From assembly GCA_035534915.1 (NCBI GenBank), contig DATLQZ010000111.1:16258-80257 (forward strand): a DNA stretch of 64,000 bases, written 5' to 3'. The DNA is from Candidatus Dormiibacterota bacterium. Lineage in GTDB: Bacteria > Chloroflexota > Dormibacteria > Aeolococcales > Bog-877. Positions 47,001 to 54,773 of this stretch are shown here, piece by piece (within the stretch, counting starts at the first letter, position 1; each line of letters opens with the position of its first letter). The position numbers and the translations under genes were made by a program. The notes under the pieces are model-generated. The model made no database searches. It was not told the origin of the DNA and worked only from the letters and a program-made list of their open reading frames with translations.

Positions 47001-47377
47001 TTGAGCTGTTACGTCTTGGACTGAACCGCTTGGGGGTGGTGAGGTTGGCCCACGCGCGGTCTGCATCAGCGGGCAGTAGGCTGCTGGTGGCCGGTTTGGT
47101 GATCACCAGGCAGGCACCCCCGTCAGCGCAGGGGATGCGCTTTTTCACCCTGGCTGACGAAAGTGGTCATCTGGACCTGGTTTTCTCTCCGCAGGTCTAT
47201 CGCGAAAACCGTTCGCTGGCCAGTCATGAGTCATTGCTGTTGGCGCTGGGAAGGCTCAGGTCAGCGGACGGGGTTGCCAGCTTGATGGTGGAGAGGCTCC
47301 TTCCCCTCCCCGGATCCACGGAGGGAGCCGACGGGGGGGAGCTCGTGCCATCTGCCACATCTCACGACTACCACTGA
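44051..47377 (+). CDS. dnaE2: Error-prone DNA polymerase III alpha paralogue DnaE2 (ImuC)
   Basis: PHP-like N-terminus (YFSFLEGSRSPE), palm/fingers motifs PDIDIDISS, IHVGGMLV, KIDLLGLRTLS, GVFQVESRAQ, IIRPGP, and a C-terminal OB fold. At ~1100 aa its length is typical of DnaE2, not DnaE1. Confidence 0.9.
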   Translation: MYHGPVAEPGFGECWARSYFSFLEGSRSPEAMVVRASELGMTAIGLVDRGGLYGAVRLVRATERAGIGAMVGAELDLTAGGRLAVMALDRSSYQQLCRAVSCAQLAGVKGASRLTLSGLERVLTEAAGGTAAFEVRDAAIPDRLRERLRHGLDREPGVLHAVEPGELDRCTVLAGGPHSPISLALRRGDRQAADQAALSLSAAFPGDQFRLCLQHHLEPGDSWLAAETVACAERTGVGLVASGSPRYARPQDGRLLDVLSAIRHGCTLEETAARGLLASNHERWMRGEAELSELLPYPKAFAGAQELASRAELRLDFRHSRFPGFRVPGGESPDIYLEQLCRRALPGKYPVASVEVEERLRHELQVISRCRLAEFFLIVFELMDFARSEGIPAQGRGSAADSLVAYLLRITRVDPIAHHLLFERFLHEEMEGTPDIDIDISSAHRERLIQHVYDTYGESCTGMVCTVITFRLRMAIRQVGAAFGIPLAWVERLGRAIERGDPDDRRTLLERVLGVAGEDPDQMMRSVPWRQFAEMVEQVVGVPRHLSIHVGGMLVTGEPLWDMAPLERASMDGRVVVQFDKDDIEELGLIKIDLLGLRTLSVVEETLSELERVSGVRPDLEGLDLADPEVYAMCARADTIGVFQVESRAQQQTLPRANPREFNDLVVAVAIIRPGPIQGHAVHPYLRRRQGKEPVSYLHPLLEPILRDTLGVILYQEQIMEIAMQVAGFTAGQSDRFRRAMNRHRSRVEMASLEHDFLLGCTLKGVSGAVAARLFEAVRGFAEFGFCRSHAAAFARTVYETAWLKLHHPAAYLVGLLNHQPMGFYHPSVLVEEARRNGVVVLPVDVNQSRGRCRLETDAVRLGFNYVKGVGEELRTKLDQERESGAYSSPEDFWRRTGVSPKVLDSLVIVGAFDSFGEPRRKLLWRLKPVEEALATMRMEQDVPVQGELLPLPALPPALPELSQRERVQADYRVMELTTGPHPVELLRLGLNRLGVVRLAHARSASAGSRLLVAGLVITRQAPPSAQGMRFFTLADESGHLDLVFSPQVYRENRSLASHESLLLALGRLRSADGVASLMVERLLPLPGSTEGADGGELVPSATSHDYH

Positions 47378-47394
47378 CTCCAGGGGAGCGGGAG

Positions 47395-48363
47395 CTATAC
47401 GACAGCTCCCGGTCGCTCCGGTCGCTCCGGCCGCCTGCCCATCCTGGACGCCAAAGTCCCCGCAGCCGCCACCATGACGATCCCGTACACGCCTCCGACG
47501 GCGCTGGAACGGGGATCTACCGCGACGGAGACTGCGATCGCCACCCCGAACTCCCGGATCCCGATCGGGAAGCCAACGGCGGTGGCCTGGCGGTGGTGCA
47601 GCCGCAAAACCCGCCCCAGCCCGAAACCAGCCGCCCCTCCGCCGGCGAGGAGGGCCAGGACCAGGGGCAGGACAGTAAAGATCGAGGTCGACAGGAGGAC
47701 CCCGCGGGCGCTGGCAGTACCGGCCAGAACGACCAGCACCAAGCAGAATGCGCTGAAGTCGAGGAAGTGATGGCGCCACCGCGCCAGATGGGGGACTCGG
47801 GCCCTGAGCGCCACCCCAACTATGAGGGGCAGCAGGACGGAGAGGGCGAGCTCGATAGCGAGCGACGAGGGGTTGACCCGCACTGTCGAGCCCAGGCCGA
47901 CGGAAAGCCAAAAGGGAGTCAGAACGATCGAGAGCGCCAGGGACCCACCCATGCAGGCGGTGGCGATGGCGGTATCTCCGCCTGCGATCGTGGCCATGAG
48001 CCCGCTGGTGATCTCCGCCGGTGCGACCGCGCAGATCAGGATTCCCGTCGCGACCGTGGAATTCGGAGCCATGAGGTGGAGCAACAGACCAAGCGCAGGC
48101 AGAACCGTCCACTGAACTGCCAACGTCAGGGCCACCAGATTTACCTTGCGCGCCGCCGCCCTAAGCTCCCCTGGGGTGAGGTTTAGTGCCACTCCCAAGA
48201 CTTGGCCGCCAAGGAAGACAGGGACCAAAGGGTTGAGTACGGCGGTGCTCTCTGGCAAGAGAACCCCAACCAGCGCTGCGAGCAGCACCCAGGCCAGGAG
48301 GGAGTGCCGAATGGGCAGAAGCAGTCGGGCTGGGTGGTGGGAGCCGCGGCTCAGATTTGGCAC
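47395..48363 (-). CDS. Bile acid:sodium symporter (BASS/SBF)-family transporter
   Basis: Polytopic membrane protein with LNLTPGELRAA, CAVAPAEITSGLMATIAGGD and ACMGGSLALSIVLTPFWL, typical of SBF-like transporters. Confidence 0.8.
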   Translation of the reverse strand: MPNLSRGSHHPARLLLPIRHSLLAWVLLAALVGVLLPESTAVLNPLVPVFLGGQVLGVALNLTPGELRAAARKVNLVALTLAVQWTVLPALGLLLHLMAPNSTVATGILICAVAPAEITSGLMATIAGGDTAIATACMGGSLALSIVLTPFWLSVGLGSTVRVNPSSLAIELALSVLLPLIVGVALRARVPHLARWRHHFLDFSAFCLVLVVLAGTASARGVLLSTSIFTVLPLVLALLAGGGAAGFGLGRVLRLHHRQATAVGFPIGIREFGVAIAVSVAVDPRSSAVGGVYGIVMVAAAGTLASRMGRRPERPERPGAVV

Positions 48364-48364
48364 T

Positions 48365-48970
48365 CTCTCAAGTTAGCGGAGTGGCCTGCTCCGGACCCGC
48401 CTCTCTCCCCTGCCGTAGCGCTGGCTGCCGAGCAGTGGCGTGTAGGTGCGCCGCTGCTTTCATCTCCGGTGAGCAGTTCAGTTTGGCACGGGAAGAAACC
48501 AGCGAGCGGATCGGTGCTGTTGCGAGCTTCAGCGAAGAGGGCGCGAGGGGCGATCGTCGCCCTCCGGGAGACGATCCTACGCACGTCTTCCGCTCAGCCC
48601 GTGCCGGCTGCCGCCCTTGACGTAGCGGCTGGCCACAACACATCCGCCCACTGTCGCTCTGCCTTGAGCAGGGCGTGGATGGGCTCGGGTGGACGTTGCA
48701 GATCTCCGTCCATGACGCAGACCAGTCGCCCATGAGCAAGCGAAATGCCGAGCACAACCGAAGTGCTCAGACCGCCGGCGCGATGAGCCGCCGGGCGGTG
48801 CACGAAGCGGACCCGACCGTCCTTCGCCGCGGTCCCCCGCGGAAGGCGGGGGTGTCATCGTCGCTGTCATCGACGAAAACTACCTCGAAGGAGACCTCGG
48901 CCAGCGAGGCACGAAGCCGCTGTAGGAGCAGCGGTACGTTGCCAGCCTCGTTCCGAGTCGGGACAATTAC
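48365..48970 (-). pseudogene. Decayed GT2 glycosyltransferase (polyprenol-phosphate mannose/glucose synthase-like), at least 3 frameshifts and no start codon
   Basis: Homology is spread over three minus-strand frames: VIVPTRNEAGNVPLLLQRL...EVVFVDDSDDDTP, then DGRVRFVHR...GGLSTSVVLGISLAHGRLVCVMDGDLQRPPE, then VVASRYVKGGS, then RRIVSRRATIAPRALF...STDPLAGFF. An in-frame TAG sits immediately upstream of VIVPT. Confidence 0.65.
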
Positions 48971-49072
48971 CTACAGCTCGATGGAGGGGGGCTGCGGGCG
49001 GGACCGTCGACGCGGCAGCTGGTGCAGTCTAGACCTCGACTGTCCCCAGACTCCGAGCCGTAACCGGATCGT

Positions 49073-49336
49073 TCATGCCGACCGTCGCCCCGGCCATCGG
49101 GCCAGTGCCAGGCGTGGATCGAAGCGCCCCTCTCCGAGGATTTCACTGCCTGCAAGCAGCACCGGTACACGGTCACCGTACGTCCGCCTTAGCTCAGGGT
49201 CTTGGTCGATATCGAACTCCTGGAGCGTGAGCTCTCGCTCCGCCACCAGCTGGGCCAGCGGACCTCTGACGGCCTCGCAAAGGTGGCAGTGGCGTCGGCT
49301 CAGCAGCACCAAACGCTCAGCCGTCACCTTTGACAC
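49073..49336 (-). CDS. Glutaredoxin-like / thioredoxin-fold small protein (CxxC)
   Basis: LVLLSRRHCHLCEAV...FDIDQDPELRRTYGDRVPVL is the glutaredoxin-2/DUF836-like pattern. Confidence 0.7.
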   Translation of the reverse strand: MSKVTAERLVLLSRRHCHLCEAVRGPLAQLVAERELTLQEFDIDQDPELRRTYGDRVPVLLAGSEILGEGRFDPRLALARWPGRRSA

Positions 49337-49946
49337 CCCAACTCTCCAGAGTGAAGAGGTACCGCCGCTTCCACAGCAGAAAGCAGCCCCCGCATAGGAG
49401 CCACCCCGCTCCTTCGAGCAGGACGCCAGGCAGCGTGGCCCTGGCGACCTGGCTTCCCGACACGGCCGCCACGGTGTAGACCGGGACCCGGGCTACGGCC
49501 AGGAGCACGACGGCTACCACGAGATCCATCGCCATCAATACCACCCGGCGCTCGCGCCTCAAGGTGCTGCGAAGCCGTGACGTGGAGACCCGCTCCAAGC
49601 TGGGCAGACCGATCGTGGGCTCGGGGCTGACGTTCAGCAGCCGACGCCAGCCCATCAGGGCCAGGCCACCTGCCAGCACGGCCGGCGCCAAGGCGGGCCA
49701 TGGCGCACCCTGCCTCAGGAAGTTCTCCCACCCACCAAGCACCGCGCCTGCCTCATAACGGGTGGTGAAGTAAGTCTGCAGCCAGTAGGACACACCAGCC
49801 AGCGCCAATCCCAAGGTGGCCACTAGCCCCCAGAAAAGGAGCCGCCAACGATGTTTAGAGAGCTCCGCGCTAGCGCGATACAGCACCGCCAACCAGGCGC
49901 TGTCCCATCGTGTTGACTTGCCCTTGGGGGCGGGCGTGCTGGCCAT
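49317..49946 (-). CDS. Hypothetical integral membrane protein (about 4 TM helices)
   Basis: Hydrophobic segments LLFWGLVATLGLALAGVSYWL, ALAPAVLAGGLALMGW, VVLMAMDLVVAVVLLAVA, GWLLCGGCFLLW. No family recognised. Start chosen at the internal Met. Confidence 0.45.
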   Translation of the reverse strand: MASTPAPKGKSTRWDSAWLAVLYRASAELSKHRWRLLFWGLVATLGLALAGVSYWLQTYFTTRYEAGAVLGGWENFLRQGAPWPALAPAVLAGGLALMGWRRLLNVSPEPTIGLPSLERVSTSRLRSTLRRERRVVLMAMDLVVAVVLLAVARVPVYTVAAVSGSQVARATLPGVLLEGAGWLLCGGCFLLWKRRYLFTLESWGVKGDG

Positions 49947-50029
49947 CGCCACCGAGTGTATTCCGGTTTGCAGGGCGGCTCCGGGGGCCAAGGTGGCGCC
50001 CGGGTCGGACGCACCGGCGGTGCGGCAAG

Positions 50030-50872
50030 TCAGCGGCCCGGAGGGCCTCGCCGGACGGCCGCAGCGACGCCCTCAAGGGCTGATGGGGTGGGCTCGAATC
50101 CCTGCAAAATCCAGGTGACTCCCGCCTCATCCATCCGCTCGACGGTCGCCGACGTGACCCCGGCTTGCACGCCTGTGCTGAAGGGCCAGGTGACGACCAG
50201 GTCGAAACCATCGTCGGCTCCACGTTGTTCCAGCTCGCGGTGGATCTCAAGCAGCTCCGCCTGCTCCGGTGGTTGTCGGGCGGTCGCTGGCGGGAAGATC
50301 GGGAAGAAGCCCTGGACTTTGGCGGCGCGTTCGAGTGGGCGCCGCCTTGGCCATCGACCGGCTGCCCAGAGTGGAAGCGGCTGTTGGATGGGCAGCGGGA
50401 GAAATGGGCTGGTGCTCACTCGGATGTCGCCTTCGTCCAGGACGGTGGGCCGTCCCGTCAGCAGCTGCTGCAGGAGCGCAAGGGACTGGTCGAGCAGTCG
50501 CCCTCGGGCTCGTGCGTCAACTACCTCTCCGAAGCCGCTGAACTCTTGCCACCCGTCATCGCCGAGGCCAACTCCGACCACCAAGCGCCCGCGCGAGAGG
50601 AGGTCAAGAGTCGCGATCTGACGTGCCATCACCCACGGCCGCCGCCGGGAAAGGGGGGTCACCATCGCTCCCAGGCGGATCCGCGTGGTGGCGCAGGCAA
50701 TCCCCGCCATGGTGATCCAGGGGTCAGCGATTGGTGTTCCGTCGCCGGCGAGCATGTGGTCCCAAAGGAATAGTCCATCCCACCCAGCCTCCTCGGCGTC
50801 GACGCCAATGCTGACCAGGCGCTCCGGGTCGGCCAGGGCGTAGAAGGGCGGCACGAACAGGCCGAATTTCAT
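50030..50872 (-). CDS. LLM-class (luciferase-like) flavin/F420-dependent oxidoreductase
   Basis: MKFGLFVPP...AEEAGWDGLFLWDHM...GRLVVGVGLG. Start taken at MKFGLF. Confidence 0.85.
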   Translation of the reverse strand: MKFGLFVPPFYALADPERLVSIGVDAEEAGWDGLFLWDHMLAGDGTPIADPWITMAGIACATTRIRLGAMVTPLSRRRPWVMARQIATLDLLSRGRLVVGVGLGDDGWQEFSGFGEVVDARARGRLLDQSLALLQQLLTGRPTVLDEGDIRVSTSPFLPLPIQQPLPLWAAGRWPRRRPLERAAKVQGFFPIFPPATARQPPEQAELLEIHRELEQRGADDGFDLVVTWPFSTGVQAGVTSATVERMDEAGVTWILQGFEPTPSALEGVAAAVRRGPPGR

Positions 50873-51036
50873 GCCGGATAGCATGACGGTTTGGTTTGGC
50901 TCACGCTGGCTCTTGCCGTGGCTCAGGCGCGGCTCGGAATAGGTAATGGGCCGGACTGTGTAGATCGTCTTGACGTGGACTACCCGCGGCATGGTGGCCC
51001 TGCGGGCACCGGGATCCGGGAGTCCATCTGTGTGGC

Positions 51037-52086
51037 GTGCTTAGAATCGAACAAATGGGTCCAACCCCGGAAGGCGAGCGCAGCCCGGGCACGACCCTGC
51101 GGGTCGTGACCTACAACATTCTGGCCGGTGGCGGCGAGCGCTGGTCGGCGATCTCAGAGGTTCTGGCCACCATCGGCGCCGATGTCGTCGCTGTCCAAGA
51201 GGTTGAGGACCCAGCCCCCTTGAGCGCGGTGGCCAGTGAACTGGGCTACCAGCTGCTTTTTGGTGAGGCGCCGAAATTTCGCCATCAGGCGGTGCTCTCG
51301 CGCTTGCCTGTACTGGCATGGCAGAACCACCAGGACCCAGCGGCGTGGCCGCGGAATTCCCTGGAGGTCGAGCTCGAGCTTCCGAGCGGCGCGGTCTTTC
51401 CGCGGATTCGGGTACACACCGTGCATCTGACCGCAGCCTTCCAACGTCGCGGCCGAGGCGAGCCAGATCGTCTTCGCGAGCTGGTCGCGGTCAGGAGCCG
51501 GGCCGACCACGAGCCGAGGTTGCCACATCTTGTCTTGGGGGACTTCAATTCCCTGGCTCCGGGGGATGGAATCCGAGCCACTGACTTCCTGGGGCAGCTC
51601 TCCCAGTGGCGCAGAAGCGGAGTTCTGGAGGAGGTGGGGGCGATCGGCCGGGTTCCCTCAGGGCTGGCTTCAATGCGCTGGTGGCGGGACCCACAGGCGG
51701 AGGTGTCCGAGATCTCCGAGGTGGCCAGGGCTGGGATCCCCCGACTTCCGTGGCTCGTCCACCCGCTCATCGAGCTGGTCCCCAGGGGTGAGACGACCGA
51801 CGCTGTCGTCGGCGCTCTGCTGCCGAGGGCGGCTGTGCGCAGCATGGGGGACGCTGGCTACGTCGACTGCCTGCGCCGGACGCACCCCCGCGCCGATAGC
51901 TTCACCTGTCCAACCTATCTTCCGGCGGTACGAATCGACTACGTCTTTGCCACGCCAGATCTGGCCGCGCAACTCGTCAGTTGCGAAGTGGCAGCTCGTA
52001 CAGGGACCCTCGGAGAGGTCGCCCGCAGGGCCAGCGACCACTTCCCCGTGGTGGCCGACTTCAAGCTAACGTGTAAGCAACTCTAA
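51037..52086 (+). CDS. Endonuclease/exonuclease/phosphatase (EEP)-family protein
   Basis: LRVVTYNILAGG, DVVAVQEV, LGDFNSLAPGD, SDHFPVVADF. Confidence 0.8.
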   Translation: MLRIEQMGPTPEGERSPGTTLRVVTYNILAGGGERWSAISEVLATIGADVVAVQEVEDPAPLSAVASELGYQLLFGEAPKFRHQAVLSRLPVLAWQNHQDPAAWPRNSLEVELELPSGAVFPRIRVHTVHLTAAFQRRGRGEPDRLRELVAVRSRADHEPRLPHLVLGDFNSLAPGDGIRATDFLGQLSQWRRSGVLEEVGAIGRVPSGLASMRWWRDPQAEVSEISEVARAGIPRLPWLVHPLIELVPRGETTDAVVGALLPRAAVRSMGDAGYVDCLRRTHPRADSFTCPTYLPAVRIDYVFATPDLAAQLVSCEVAARTGTLGEVARRASDHFPVVADFKLTCKQL

Positions 52087-52351
52087 GCGGGACGTAGCCG
52101 AGCGCCCTGGGACCGAAGCCGCGCCCGAGGGCCGACCGCCGTGGGACGGACGTTGCAGTGGAAGCCGCGGCCGAGGGGCACCCACCTGGGAAGGTGCCTG
52201 GGTGGGGTGGGGTCGCGCATTGGTGTACTGGCTGGATGCCGAGGTGACATCGACCTTGGGGGACACCCTCCTTCGGACACCGGCCGTTGACCGCGACAGC
52301 CGTGGTCGGGGAGATGACCCGGCGTCGTGAGGGCACCGGGTGGGTGTGTGA

Positions 52352-52369
52352 TTGGGCCCTTGGGCCCAA
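52352..52369. repeat. 18-nt perfect palindrome TTGGGCCC-TT-GGGCCCAA downstream of the tnpB-like remnant
   Basis: Read directly. May be an IS-end hairpin; this is unproven. Confidence 0.3.
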
Positions 52370-52439
52370 CCTGGGCTGGGCGGCGCAGGCAGCGCACGAC
52401 CGGAGTGGCTTGGGCGCTGCGGACCGCAAGCTCGCCTGA

Positions 52440-52995
52440 CCGGCGGTGCTGGTGAACTGCTTGCTGGGAGAAGAGGCCCTGCGATCACAGAGGCGCCGGG
52501 CGGCGTGGTCCCGGTCCGCAGAGAGTGCGCAATGCGCGCAGTGCACCCAGTGGTATCCACCATGCAGTCGCTCCGCTGAGCTGTAGCGCCGCAGACGGTG
52601 CTGGCACCGCAGGCAGATGGCTGAGGTCCCCCGGGGGAGGGATGGTGACCACCGCGCAGCCTGCTTTGGCGCCGAGGTGGTGCAGGGCTTGTTGGAACTG
52701 GCCGCGCGCACTTGCTGAGATGCGACCGTTGAGCTCGCGGCCTAGGGCAGCGAGGTCTTCGACATAGATGACGGTAGCCCCCAGGCAGAGCGCCTGATCC
52801 AAATCCCAGTGCGCGGCCGGGCCCAGGCGAGGCCCATGTCCCAGCTGGCACTGGCGGGCACGGAGGGCTTGGTGGTGAGCGCGCCAGCTGCGCAGCTTGG
52901 CATCCAGAGGGTGTGGGGCGTAATTGGCTCCTAACTGGCAGCAGCTCAGGCCCCTGGACTGAGCTGCTGGGGGGCATCTCTCCGAGATCTCCATA
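52440..52995 (-). mobile_element. Degraded IS200/IS605-family tnpB-like (RuvC + zinc-ribbon) remnant, 5'-truncated and frameshifted
   Basis: Frame 1: ...ATVIYVEDLAALGRELNGRISASARGQFQQALHHLGAKAGCAVVTIPP. After a shift in the run GGTCCCCCGGGGGAGGG (~52625), frame 2: RGTSAICLRCQHRL...WVHCAHCALSADRDHAA. This is the order of TnpB RuvC-II, CxxC...CxxC ribbon and RuvC-III motifs. No N-terminal half and no tnpA. Confidence 0.5.
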
Positions 52996-53006
52996 TACTC
53001 GAGGGA

Positions 53007-53882
53007 GTGACAGCGGTAGGAAACCAGGTGGCTGTGCCAGCGGCGAGGTATGCCCTGCTGGGGGGCTCGGGAACTGGGACCCAGGGTTCCCCTGAGGGCG
53101 ACGCTCGGGTGGAGTTGGTGAGTCGCGACCAGGTGTACCCCACTGGCTTTGGAGACACCCCGCCCGTAACCCACTTCCGCATTGATGACGACACCGGCCA
53201 GGATCGATCGGTGCTGTTTGTCCGGCCCCACGACGCGGCGCCGGCGAGGGGGCGAGGGCCACAGAGCCTGGCCCTCTTTTGGCTCTTTCGGGAAGCTGGC
53301 GTCCAACGGATCGTGGCCGAATCGGGCACAGCCAGCATCACTCAGCACTTTCACCCCAGGGACCTCATAATCCCTCACGACTTTCTCGACTTCACCAGGC
53401 AGCACGGCGGCCAGCTCATGCCCGGCGCGATGGTGTCAATGCGCGACCCCTTCTGTCCGGATATCAGGGAGGCGCTGTGGCAGCGATCCCGTAAGTTTGC
53501 CGCCGACAAGGCGACCAGGGTCTTCAATAGGGCGGTTCACGCGACTGTGGAGGGGCCCCGGCTGGAGACCGCCGCCGAGGTCGCTGCTCTGGCGCGCTTG
53601 GGAGGCGACATCATTAGCCAGGCGGTGACTCCAGAGGTCTATCTCGCCCGCGAGATCGGGGCCTGTTTCGCGACGGTGCAGATGGTCCTGAATTATGCCG
53701 AGGGCGTCCGACCGGAATGGGACTTTGAACTTCTCCGCGCCATCGTTCGCGAGGGGGCCGAGGAGTTGGGTGGTGTCGCACTCGACGCCTTGTTGGCCCT
53801 GCCAGTTGAGCCCAGCTGCAGCTGCGCCCGCTATCGGGAGCCGGCTGCGCGGGGCGACGTGGCGACCGCGGTCGCTTCGTGA
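53007..53882 (+). CDS. MTAP-family purine-nucleoside / 5'-methylthioadenosine phosphorylase
   Basis: YALLGGSG P-loop-like start, VLFVRPH, RIVAESGTASI, ATVEGPRLETAAE, ISQAVTPEVYLAREIGACFATVQMVLNYAEG. Confidence 0.8.
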   Translation: MTAVGNQVAVPAARYALLGGSGTGTQGSPEGDARVELVSRDQVYPTGFGDTPPVTHFRIDDDTGQDRSVLFVRPHDAAPARGRGPQSLALFWLFREAGVQRIVAESGTASITQHFHPRDLIIPHDFLDFTRQHGGQLMPGAMVSMRDPFCPDIREALWQRSRKFAADKATRVFNRAVHATVEGPRLETAAEVAALARLGGDIISQAVTPEVYLAREIGACFATVQMVLNYAEGVRPEWDFELLRAIVREGAEELGGVALDALLALPVEPSCSCARYREPAARGDVATAVAS

Positions 53883-54637
53883 CCGACCCGGTGCTTCGTG
53901 GGAAAACCGGGGATTCGCCACCGACCCGCAAACAGCTACCGACCCCAGGATGCCCAGAGCCCGTGGCGATCCGGTCGATGTTCACCGGAATTGCCCATCG
54001 GTACGACCTTCTGAATCTCGTGCTCAGCTTGGGCCAAGACAGACGCTGGCGGCGCCGCGCCGCGCAGCTGACCAGGGCGCAATCGGGAGACAGAGTCCTT
54101 GACCTCTGCTGCGGTACGGGAGCCATTGCCGCGCTCCTGCGTCGCCGCGTCGGGCCGCAGGGCACCGTGGTTGGAATCGACCTCACCGAGGCGATGATCA
54201 ACTGTGCCAAAGCCAAGGTGTTGGGAGTTCAGTTTCAGGTGGGGGACGCCTGTGACCTCTCTTTTGAGGATCGCTCCTTCGACGGTACGACGATGGCGTT
54301 CGGCCTGCGTAACATCGCGCAGCACCAGCTCGCTCTGGGTGAGGTGCTGCGCATCCTGCGGCCCGGAGGGCGAGCGGTCATTCTCGAGTTCAGCACCGTC
54401 GCTCGCCCCCTACGCCCCTTCTACCGCATCTACAACCGACTGGTGATTCCGGTCGTGGCGCGGGCTCTGCTGGGCAGGGCTGGCGCCTACCAGTACCTGA
54501 CTGACTCGATCGCTGCGTTCCCGCCCCCATTGGTGGTGTCGCGATGGCTCCGCGACGCCGGCTTCGAGCGGGTCAGGTACCAGCGGATGAGCCTTGGAAT
54601 TGTGGCCATTCATGTGGCGACCAAACCGAAGGGCTGA
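53879..54637 (+). CDS. ubiE: Demethylmenaquinone/ubiquinone C-methyltransferase (UbiE/MenG family)
   Basis: MFTGIAHRYDLLNLVLSLGQDRRWRR, SAM motif VLDLCCGTG, AFGLRNI, LRPGGRAVILEFS. GTGA overlap with the MTAP-family gene. Confidence 0.85.
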   Translation: MTDPVLRGKTGDSPPTRKQLPTPGCPEPVAIRSMFTGIAHRYDLLNLVLSLGQDRRWRRRAAQLTRAQSGDRVLDLCCGTGAIAALLRRRVGPQGTVVGIDLTEAMINCAKAKVLGVQFQVGDACDLSFEDRSFDGTTMAFGLRNIAQHQLALGEVLRILRPGGRAVILEFSTVARPLRPFYRIYNRLVIPVVARALLGRAGAYQYLTDSIAAFPPPLVVSRWLRDAGFERVRYQRMSLGIVAIHVATKPKG

Positions 54638-54773
54638 AGGCGCAGGCGGTGCGTCAGATGGTGGCCAGAGAGCGAGGTGAGCACAGGAAGACCGGTATCC
54701 CGGAGTCGGTTAGAGTGACTCCGGCAGCGTGCGGGAGCGCGCGTAGCCGGAGGCATTGGGAGGCGGTAGGCCG

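Noticed and set aside
47411-47428. Tandem 9-bp repeat GGTCGCTCC x2.
   Set aside because: It lies inside the C-terminal tail of the BASS transporter gene (encoding RPERPERP). It is a trivial in-frame duplication, not a repeat element.
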